A stretch of DNA of 64,000 nt, from contig PCYM01000010.1 in assembly GCA_002774875.1 (NCBI GenBank), positions 8,645 to 72,644 on the forward strand, in the 5' to 3' direction. Position 1 is the stretch's first letter. Each line of letters starts with the position of its first letter. Made by a program: the position numbers and the translations under genes. Below the pieces are notes generated by a model that saw only the letters and a list, made by a program, of their open reading frames with translations, had not been told where the DNA came from and ran no database searches. The DNA comes from Candidatus Uhrbacteria bacterium CG10_big_fil_rev_8_21_14_0_10_50_16. Its GTDB lineage: Bacteria; Patescibacteriota; Patescibacteriia; UBA9934; UBA11717. Shown here in pieces: positions 10,026 through 17,397 of this stretch.

Positions 10026-11825
10026 ATGACAAAGTGTCTCAAGGTTTTTACAGGTGTCGCCTTTATGAGTTTGTGTGCGTTATTACTCGTACCGTCTGTC
10101 ATGCAGGGACGCGTTGCGGATGTCGTGTGGCAACCGTTTACCACAACGGTGGAGCAAAGCTCGCAAGCGTTGTCTGTAGCGCGCGTACAGTTGCCGCAGT
10201 CTCTGGACCGACTTCAGCGGATTCAGGGGGTTTTGGTTGCGATTATGTACCCAACAGGCTGTGCGAATATCGACTGCCCAACACGCGATGTCGCTGTAAT
10301 GCGCGATGGCCAACTCAAAGTGGTGTCGGAGATTCCCGTGTCCGCATTGGAGTCGGAACGTGTATTGGATAGTCATGGACGCGTACTCTGGACCCAGAGG
10401 GGTAAGAGCAGTGCACGATTTAATGTGCAGGAGTTGAATCTGGAAACGGCATCGGTCTCTACGTTGGCGCGTGATGTGTTTTTGGGTGATACGTCTGAGG
10501 CGCGCGTGCGCGCAGCAAATGGGAAGCTGTATTTTGAAGTGTACGGATTGCAGGAGCTCGCACCCGGGATTGTGCCGGTGATGATTCGAGAAAGCCAATC
10601 GAACGAGAACTTTAGTGAGACGTTGGTGATGAATCAGCAGTGGCGTAAGTCGCTTGAGGAGATTCAGGATGTGGATGCGCAAGGCCGTATTTTAACGCGA
10701 CTGACGTTTCCAAGCGGAGATCAGGAGCTTTGGTATCATCAACGTACGGTTGAACGAGGAACATTTCCGAAACCACAGAGTGTTGCCGTTGAGGGAAGCT
10801 ACACGATCGATGGACACCTGGTGGGAGTCCATTTTGTGGATGCCGATACAATTGAATTTTTCCGCTATCAAACATTGATGCGCTATACCATTTCTACGGG
10901 TACACTTACAGATTTGGGAGAACGCCTCCATTGGGTAGAGGGGACGGGCTCGCAGGAGGCATTGGTGATTACGGCGGGGGAGATGCTGTATTTTGTGGGA
11001 GAAGATGCAACAGGTGGAACACAGATCAAGGTGCGACACGGAGGTGTTACGACAATCTTAGGTGCTGCAGATTCAACAGGACTGTGGATTGATGATGGAT
11101 TGGTTACGGCGGCGACAACAACCACATACATGTCTCCTACAAGCGGATCAACCGTTTCTCGTTTCGTGAACGAGCTCGAGGCACAAACGGGTGCGTCCAA
11201 ACATGCTTTTGCGGGTGCGATGGATTTGGAGGTCCTAGGTGCTTCATTCATCTATATCGATGGTGCTGGGACGATTCATTGGAACACGACCAACGCGCGT
11301 GATGAGACCGTGTCTGCCGTGGTAGGAACAGGATCGCGTGCGTATCTCGTTAGTGAAACAGAGGTGATGTGGGTAGGATTTGATGGTGTATTGCGACGTG
11401 CAATTGTGCGACCGGCGGCGATTGGATCTATCGCACAACCCACGTTTTATAAGACAGCGACAAGCTCCACTGTCTACCTGGTGCAGGACGGGAAGCGCTG
11501 GATTGTTCCAAATGAACAAACCTACTTTACTTGGGCGTCTACGTTTGACGGAGTCCAGACCATCGGTGCCGCGGTGTTGAATAGCAATACCAATGCCGGA
11601 TACCTGCAGATGAAGCCAGGGACATTGATCAAGACGGCCACGAGCAAACATGTGATGGTGCTGTGGGATGATTGGCACAAACAACGGATTGCCAATGAAG
11701 CCGTGGCGTTAGCGATTTTTGGCGAGCGTTGGTGGCAGCAGATCGTGGTAGTGGATCCAACGGTTATGAATCAATATGTTGAGCGTCCGAGTGCCATTGA
11801 ATCAGTGGAGCAGTACGTTCGATAG
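10026..11825 (+). CDS. Hypothetical secreted protein (signal peptide MTKCLKVFTGVAFMSLCALLLVPSVMQG)
   Basis: Long ORF with a good signal peptide from ATG 10026. The ORF track starts at GTG 9963. No recognisable motifs. Confidence 0.55.
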   Translation: MTKCLKVFTGVAFMSLCALLLVPSVMQGRVADVVWQPFTTTVEQSSQALSVARVQLPQSLDRLQRIQGVLVAIMYPTGCANIDCPTRDVAVMRDGQLKVVSEIPVSALESERVLDSHGRVLWTQRGKSSARFNVQELNLETASVSTLARDVFLGDTSEARVRAANGKLYFEVYGLQELAPGIVPVMIRESQSNENFSETLVMNQQWRKSLEEIQDVDAQGRILTRLTFPSGDQELWYHQRTVERGTFPKPQSVAVEGSYTIDGHLVGVHFVDADTIEFFRYQTLMRYTISTGTLTDLGERLHWVEGTGSQEALVITAGEMLYFVGEDATGGTQIKVRHGGVTTILGAADSTGLWIDDGLVTAATTTTYMSPTSGSTVSRFVNELEAQTGASKHAFAGAMDLEVLGASFIYIDGAGTIHWNTTNARDETVSAVVGTGSRAYLVSETEVMWVGFDGVLRRAIVRPAAIGSIAQPTFYKTATSSTVYLVQDGKRWIVPNEQTYFTWASTFDGVQTIGAAVLNSNTNAGYLQMKPGTLIKTATSKHVMVLWDDWHKQRIANEAVALAIFGERWWQQIVVVDPTVMNQYVERPSAIESVEQYVR

Positions 11826-11916
11826 ATCGTTACAAAAACACCCGCGCACGTGGGTGTTTTTTGATTCATTGACAACACACCGGGATCACGATAGAAAGAA
11901 GCGGAAGGAGGTGCAC

Positions 11917-12078
11917 ATGCACAAGCAACCACAGGGTGAGATGACCGCAGAAGAACGCCAGTCCTGGGAGAGCTTCCGTGAGTTGATGGAGGCCGCCGCA
12001 TGGATGGTGGGCGGGCCAATTGTGGTGTTTCTGCTCGCGAGCGCGACTCTGATGACGATCGCTCGGCTGCTGGCGTGA
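11917..12078 (+). CDS. Small hydrophobic peptide (53 aa, one TM) in a high-GC island
   Basis: RBS GGAGGTG 5 nt upstream of ATG 11917. A second small hydrophobic ORF (27 aa, ATG 12171) follows. About 58% GC. Confidence 0.3.
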   Translation: MHKQPQGEMTAEERQSWESFRELMEAAAWMVGGPIVVFLLASATLMTIARLLA

Positions 12079-12261
12079 GTGCTGCCATGTCGCACGATCG
12101 GCGATCCTGTGAACGCCCGACCGAGGCACTCCAGAGACAAGACGACGAGAGTACAACCGCCTGGGGGAGTATGGCGGTGCGACTAGGTCTTGTTGCCGTC
12201 TTGCTGCTCTTTGCCATCATCTTTGGCGCGTTGATCGTCCCCTTGATCTCGTAGTCGCCAA

Positions 12262-12300
12262 CAAAAAACCCGCACCATCTCTGGCGCGGGCTCCATTTTT
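12262..12300. terminator. Bidirectional terminator between the small-peptide locus and rplS (GCCCGCGCCAGAGATGGTGCGGG plus T-run on the minus strand)
   Basis: GC-rich stem-loop flanked by an A-run and a T-run. Confidence 0.5.
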
Positions 12301-12763
12301 ATTTGACTTCCTTCATGCGACGCTTGGTCTTGCCCTTGCGCAAGAACCAGAGCTTTGCACGGCGAACGCGAAGTGTTTTGACAATCTCGACTTTCTCCAC
12401 GTGTGGGGAGGAAAGCGGGTAGATCTTCTCCACGCCGATCTCGCCTGTCACCTTACGCACGGTCATCGTACGAGTGATTCCGGATCCGTTTAATCCAAGG
12501 AGTGTTCCTTCAAACACCTGTACGCGCTGTCGCTCCTCTCCCTTTGCGTTGGTGTCCTTAATGATCTCGTGAACACGGATCACCATTCCTGGCTTAAGAT
12601 CACGATGTGGCATGGTGACCACCTCTACCTCGGGTTCTACCGCTTCCTCAACGGGTGCCTTTGCAACTTCCTCTGCAGGTGTTGCTGCTTCCTCTGTTGG
12701 AGTTTCCTCTACCGCCTCCTCTGGGGCTACTTGATCCTCTGTCTTGTTTGATTCGTCGCTCAT
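12299..12763 (-). CDS. rplS: 50S ribosomal protein L19 with about 50-aa acidic N-terminal extension
   Basis: C-terminal 100 aa match the L19 pattern (VFEGTLLGLNGSGITRTMTVRKVTGEIGVEKIYPLSSPHVEKVEIV...RRAKLWFLR). The N-terminus is E/A/P/T-rich low complexity. Confidence 0.85.
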   Translation of the reverse strand: MSDESNKTEDQVAPEEAVEETPTEEAATPAEEVAKAPVEEAVEPEVEVVTMPHRDLKPGMVIRVHEIIKDTNAKGEERQRVQVFEGTLLGLNGSGITRTMTVRKVTGEIGVEKIYPLSSPHVEKVEIVKTLRVRRAKLWFLRKGKTKRRMKEVK

Positions 12764-12788
12764 ATAGATATTTCGATGTGGCGTTAAT

Positions 12789-13340
12789 CTACGCTATCGT
12801 GCCCATTTTGTCAATAATCTGCTGTGCTACCTCCTCTGGCGCCGTGTGCGTAGTGTCGATAATCAGGTCAAAATTGGCCGGATTATCGTAGGTTACGTCA
12901 TAATACTCTTTAAAACGCTTGTTTTCCGACGCTACCCGTAGGCGAGCAAGTTCCTGGGCTTCTTCTACGTTTTTGTAGGGAACCTCGTTTGGTCTGGCTC
13001 CCGTACTGGCGTGGGCAAAGATGCGTTTTGCTCCCTCAGCTGGGTCTACACCGAGGAACACTTTGAATGATTGTGGGATGGCATACCAGGAAAGTCGTCC
13101 GTCAACAATAAAGTTATCTTCCGTTTTTCCGAGGTTGGTTTGATACCCCTCTACCATGCGATCGTGCGCGTCCTCCTGCTCTTCCTCGGCGTTCCATTCG
13201 TTGAGTGTCATGCCATTCTGTTCCGCGAGTGTTCGTTGAAAATCTCCCATTGAGTAGCGCTTGTAGCCAAGCTTACCGCTCAAGAGTTTTCCGACGGTGG
13301 ATTTTCCGGACCCTGGGTATCCGGAGAGAGTGATGATCAT
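12789..13340 (-). CDS. P-loop nucleoside monophosphate kinase, cytidylate kinase-like
   Basis: N-terminal IITLSGYPGSGKSTVGKLL Walker A and a size of 183 aa, typical of the CMP kinase / AAA_17-type NMP kinase family. Exact substrate not determinable. Confidence 0.55.
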   Translation of the reverse strand: MIITLSGYPGSGKSTVGKLLSGKLGYKRYSMGDFQRTLAEQNGMTLNEWNAEEEQEDAHDRMVEGYQTNLGKTEDNFIVDGRLSWYAIPQSFKVFLGVDPAEGAKRIFAHASTGARPNEVPYKNVEEAQELARLRVASENKRFKEYYDVTYDNPANFDLIIDTTHTAPEEVAQQIIDKMGTIA

Positions 13341-13346
13341 AGCGCG

Positions 13347-14312
13347 TTAGATTTTGTGAAGTCGATCCGTGAGTTCGGTAAGCTCGGGCGGGATGGGTGC
13401 GTCGAACGTGCGTGCCTCGGTCTCTCCGGGGAGTGCGAGCGTGAGTTGATATGCGTGGAGCCACAAACGTGGGAAGGGAATTTGTTTGACGCTCTTAATC
13501 ACATAGAGCGGATCGCCGACCACAGGGTTTCCAAGCGCATGAAAGTGCGCGCGGATTTGGTGGGTACGCCCGGTGTGTAAATCGACATCGACCTCCGTTG
13601 CATTGGCGTAACGTTGAATTACCTCGTAGTCGGTGCTGGCATCTTTACCTTCTTGTGACTCAGGTCGTGCCACCATACGTCCGGCGGATTTGGAGCGTAT
13701 GATTTTAAACAGCACGGTGTCGTAATCCTTTTGAAGTGATCCGGCAACAAGCGCACGATATTTTTTGTAAACAAACCGTTTTTGAAACTTGTGTTTGAGA
13801 TCTAAGAACGCCTCTTGATTTTTTGCAGCGATCATAACGCCAGAGGTCATACGGTCCAATCGATGCACGATTCCTGCACGCTCCTCGGGTTTATCTCCCA
13901 CTGTGGCCATTGCTGGCACATAGTCCACAAGCGCGTCCATAAGTGAGTACTCGTTGGAGGAAGGTGTAGGGTGAACCAGTACGCCGGCGGCCTTGTTGAG
14001 CACAATGACGTCGTCGTTTTCAAAGAGAATGTTAAGCGTTGGCAGGGTACCCTTTTTTTCCATTGGGTCCGCATCGGTAACGGTCTCATCTTTTTCGTAT
14101 GGAAAGCGCATGTCGGCAACCTCCACCACATCGCCCACCTGTAAAAACTCGTGGGGAACGTAGGTGGTATCCTCATTGATTTCTACACCAGACTGTTTAA
14201 TGTATTTTTGTACCTTTGCACGAGAGGTTTCGCCGACGCGTGCCAAAAAAACGTCCAAGCGGGCATCTTTGTCGATGGCGTCGATGGTAAATTGTCCAAC
14301 ATGTGATTCCAT
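13347..14312 (-). CDS. rluD: RluA-family 23S rRNA pseudouridine synthase (RluD-like) with N-terminal S4 domain
   Basis: S4-like N-terminus (ARLDVFLA...) and catalytic HRLDRMTSGVMIAAKN motif. Confidence 0.85.
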   Translation of the reverse strand: MESHVGQFTIDAIDKDARLDVFLARVGETSRAKVQKYIKQSGVEINEDTTYVPHEFLQVGDVVEVADMRFPYEKDETVTDADPMEKKGTLPTLNILFENDDVIVLNKAAGVLVHPTPSSNEYSLMDALVDYVPAMATVGDKPEERAGIVHRLDRMTSGVMIAAKNQEAFLDLKHKFQKRFVYKKYRALVAGSLQKDYDTVLFKIIRSKSAGRMVARPESQEGKDASTDYEVIQRYANATEVDVDLHTGRTHQIRAHFHALGNPVVGDPLYVIKSVKQIPFPRLWLHAYQLTLALPGETEARTFDAPIPPELTELTDRLHKI

Positions 14313-14381
14313 ACCAGCGACAGATTATTGGGATTCTAAGTGGGTACTTGCCCCAAACAAGGCATAACGTGCCAAGTGGGG

Positions 14382-14457
14382 TGGTAGGCCCGGCAGGAAT
14401 CGAACCTGCAACCACAGAGGTATAAGCTCTGTGCTCTAACCGTTGAGCTACGGGCCC
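14382..14457 (-). tRNA. tRNA-Ile with anticodon UAU
   Basis: Reverse complement folds as GGGCCCG/CGGGCCT acceptor (Ile-like ends GGGCC...GGCCUACCA), anticodon stem CAGAG/CTCTG, loop CTTATAC, T-arm GCAGGTTCGATTCCTGC, CCA encoded. Confidence 0.7.
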
Positions 14458-14550
14458 ATGGGCTTGAATCTAGCGCATATTGGACAATTTTTCAAGGTGT
14501 GGAGTAATTTTTGTCTTGTTTGATGGATTATCTGCTATACTTGTCTCCAC

Positions 14551-14952
14551 ATGACCGCCGAACTTGGAACATTCTTAGTGTCACTAACTGTCCTCTGGTT
14601 TTTGGTGTATTGGATTTTTGGGGGCGTGGTGTTTGCCATTATCAGTCTTGTGCGGCCGGGTAAAATGAAGCGCGTGCGGTTTAGTTGTCTCTATTCTATC
14701 TTCTCGGCGTTCATTGCCTACCAGGCAGCAAAATTGGGAATTTTGTGGGCATCGGCGGCAACAGGGAATATCCCACAATCGTCATCATTAAGTGAAGCGA
14801 TTGTGGTTATGGGAGGGCTCGGCTTTGTTGGGATCTTGCTGGGGCTTATGGCCGGGTTTGTGGTGTTGTTTATCGGGGGTTGGATTATTATGTTGTTTTC
14901 CCGCAGTCAAGAAAAAACCTGGTACGACCGTGTAACAGATAAGGGAGAGTAA
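14551..14952 (+). CDS. Hypothetical membrane protein (3-4 TM helices)
   Basis: Hydrophobic 133-aa ORF. TGCTATACT -10 box 10 nt upstream of the ATG (leaderless-type arrangement). Confidence 0.5.
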   Translation: MTAELGTFLVSLTVLWFLVYWIFGGVVFAIISLVRPGKMKRVRFSCLYSIFSAFIAYQAAKLGILWASAATGNIPQSSSLSEAIVVMGGLGFVGILLGLMAGFVVLFIGGWIIMLFSRSQEKTWYDRVTDKGE

Positions 14953-15025
14953 TAAAGAGATTGACCGGAATAATTTTGCGTGATACCTTGCGGTCGATCC
15001 ACGCGGATACAAGAGCAGAATACAG

Positions 15026-15102
15026 GGGCGTATAGCTCAGTTGGTTAGAGCGCCACATTGACATTGTGGAGGTCTCCGGTTCGAGTCCGGGTACGCCCAC
15101 CA
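15026..15102 (+). tRNA. tRNA-Val (anticodon GAC)
   Basis: Acceptor GGGCGTA/TACGCCC, anticodon stem CCACA/TGTGG, loop TTGACAT, T-arm CCGGTTCGAGTCCGG, CCA encoded. Confidence 0.85.
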
Positions 15103-15122
15103 CGTCGTTCGCGAACGATGTG
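15099..15122. repeat. 24-nt palindromic element fused to the tRNA-Val CCA end (CCACGTCGTTCGCGAACGATGTGG)
   Basis: Second copy of the 3138-3163 palindrome. Flanked on both sides by CCCACCA. Confidence 0.5.
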
Positions 15123-15235
15123 GCCCACCATTTAGAAATACCGAGCAAGGCTCGTTATTTTTTTTGTTTAAAAAATGTACCTCCACGCCGGCAGATGGCC
15201 AGCGCAGGGAGAAGGGGACGGGAACTCGTTGTTAG

Positions 15236-15526
15236 TCAGGCCTGGTCGGAGTCGGACGTCTTGAGCTTGTTGAGCAGCAGTACGGCCTGCATCTGCAGGA
15301 ACTCCGGAGTCACGTCCAACAGCGCGGCGCAGATCGCGAGGTCTTCTATCCGCATCCTATAGGTCATGTAGGTGAGCTCGCGCTCTCGGACTATGATCTG
15401 CGCCGCGCTGTTTGCCCCACTCTCACCATTGACGCTCGTCGGCGGGCAGGGTATAGTGCTCTCTTCGTCAAAAACGATCGATACAAAGGCATTTATGCCT
15501 GTAGAGAACGGATAGGCGTACCGCAC
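15236..15526 (-). CDS. Hypothetical ORF in a about 400-bp high-GC segment abutting tRNA-Val (possibly a gene remnant)
   Basis: ORF-track ORF only. GC about 60% with no motif. The location directly 3' of a tRNA suggests foreign DNA. Confidence 0.25.
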   Translation of the reverse strand: MRYAYPFSTGINAFVSIVFDEESTIPCPPTSVNGESGANSAAQIIVRERELTYMTYRMRIEDLAICAALLDVTPEFLQMQAVLLLNKLKTSDSDQA

Positions 15527-15593
15527 GACGGCGAAGAATCCCAGAGTGCGATCTGGCGGGGAGAGAGATGGAAGCTAGTATCTATAGTGAAAC

Positions 15594-16739
15594 ATGGCAC
15601 TTCCACGAAACGAACAAACCTTAGAACTCATGAAACGGGCTCAGCGGCCGGTGATTGTGTTAGCACAAGGATCGGGCGTGGATGGGTATGTCACGGGGTT
15701 TGCGTGTCAGCAGATTCTCAATCAACTCGGAAAGGTCTCGGACATTGTGGCGGCAGACGGTCCGGCGCCCAAAACGCTTGATTTTCTCCACATACTAGAA
15801 CGCGTGCGTCCAACGTTTGGGCAGTTGCGCAAGTTTGTGGTGTCGGTGGATTTGTCCAAGGCTCCACTCGATGAATTATCCTACAACGTAGAAGATCACG
15901 AATTACAAATCTTCCTTACACCAAAAGACGGCATCTGGTCTGAGGCAGACATCAAGACGCACACAAGCACCTTCCGATACGATTTGATTTTAGTTGTCGG
16001 CGCTGCCTCGTTGGACGGACTAGGCGAGCTCTATACCAAACACAGTGAATTTTTTTATGAGACACCGATGATTAACATCGACCATGTCGCGGCGAATGAA
16101 CATTTTGGTCAGGTGAACGTGGTAGATTTAACGGCAACCAGTTCGGCCGAGGTGCTGCTTACCCAAATTGACGAGTGGCCAAGTATCGCCATGACAGAGG
16201 ATTTGGCGACGATGTTGCTCACGGGAATGATTGCCAAAACGCAGAGTTTTAAAACAGCCACGGTCACGCCAAAGACGCTCAAACGTGCAAGCGCCCTGTT
16301 GCGACAAGGAGCAAGACGCGAGGAGATTGTCGACAATCTTTACAGAACGCGATCAGTGGAGACCTTACGATTGTGGGGACGCGCGTTGGCGAGACTCAAA
16401 AACGACGAGCCGACGCGGCTTGTGTGGAGCGTGTTGTCGCAGCAAGATTTTATCCATGCCGGTGCGCGTGAAGAGGACTTGCCGGACGTGATTGAGGAGC
16501 TTATTAAGAATGCGCCTATGGCAGAAGTCGTTGTCTTGCTGTACGAGGATTATCAAAAACACATTTGTGGTCTTATCTCCACCCACCGTGGCATGGATAG
16601 CGTGGAGTTAGCGCTTCCGTTTAAGCCTACCGGTACCAGAGAACTCGCGCGTATTTGTTTTATGAACAAAACGATTGTTGAGGCGGAGAAGGTAGTGATA
16701 GAATCCATGAAGGAACGGATAAAAAAATTCCGCGTGTAA
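15594..16739 (+). CDS. DHH/DHHA1-family phosphoesterase-like protein (NrnA-like, motifs partly degenerate)
   Basis: 381 aa. An IDHVAANEH segment resembles DHH motif III, with C-terminal DHHA1-like organisation. The assignment is tentative. Confidence 0.45.
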   Translation: MALPRNEQTLELMKRAQRPVIVLAQGSGVDGYVTGFACQQILNQLGKVSDIVAADGPAPKTLDFLHILERVRPTFGQLRKFVVSVDLSKAPLDELSYNVEDHELQIFLTPKDGIWSEADIKTHTSTFRYDLILVVGAASLDGLGELYTKHSEFFYETPMINIDHVAANEHFGQVNVVDLTATSSAEVLLTQIDEWPSIAMTEDLATMLLTGMIAKTQSFKTATVTPKTLKRASALLRQGARREEIVDNLYRTRSVETLRLWGRALARLKNDEPTRLVWSVLSQQDFIHAGAREEDLPDVIEELIKNAPMAEVVVLLYEDYQKHICGLISTHRGMDSVELALPFKPTGTRELARICFMNKTIVEAEKVVIESMKERIKKFRV

Positions 16740-16740
16740 T

Positions 16741-17328
16741 ATGAAGATGGTGATTCGCTTTTTTTCAAAACCGGTGCTGCGTACATGGGCGTGGGTCTTT
16801 GGCCTTTTGGCTATTGTTTTGTCACACGCAAAGATTGCTTATTTTATTACGGAGGATAAGCGTGGACTCTTTATTTTGTCTACGATACTGGCGACGATTG
16901 GTGCGATCGTATGGTATGTCTATGTTCTCCGTTTTGTTTCAACGCGAACATGGAAATGGCTGCAATCAACGTTTTATACAAACGGGCACGTGTTTGCGCT
17001 CGTCGGATTGCTCTTGTTGTGGCTCAAAATTGGAAGTGATCTTCTATTTTTCTTTGGTGGAAGCACTCGCGGTTTTTTTGACGTTGTTTGGACGGTGATG
17101 TTCGTTGTTTTTTTGTGGCCGCTGGTTCCATTCGTGTGGTCGGCCGGCTATCTTGCTAATACGACGGAGATTGAATACAGCTGGCATGTTTTGGGTCACG
17201 ATGAATGGTCTCTATTTATTGTTGTTGGTGCCTTTTTGGCGATCACCATTGTGCCGATCGTGTGGGGAATCATTTTTTCCTTTACCGGATATTCGATCAA
17301 AAAGATTCGTGCGCGGGAAAAAGAATGA
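16741..17328 (+). CDS. Hypothetical polytopic membrane protein
   Basis: 195 aa with about 5 hydrophobic helices. Start overlaps the upstream stop (TAATATG). Confidence 0.5.
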   Translation: MKMVIRFFSKPVLRTWAWVFGLLAIVLSHAKIAYFITEDKRGLFILSTILATIGAIVWYVYVLRFVSTRTWKWLQSTFYTNGHVFALVGLLLLWLKIGSDLLFFFGGSTRGFFDVVWTVMFVVFLWPLVPFVWSAGYLANTTEIEYSWHVLGHDEWSLFIVVGAFLAITIVPIVWGIIFSFTGYSIKKIRAREKE

Positions 17329-17397
17329 TTGTGTATCTCGGTCCTTGCGATTTTTGCCTGAGAAAGGTACATTTGGGAGGCTAAACCTAGAGAAATA

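Noticed and set aside
9963-10372. Alternative-frame 124-aa ORF starting at GTG 9998 right after a strong AAGGAGG
   Set aside because: Overlaps the start of the 620-aa ORF, which is far longer. It is mentioned only because the RBS spacing fits this frame better, so the 620-aa gene's true start remains uncertain.
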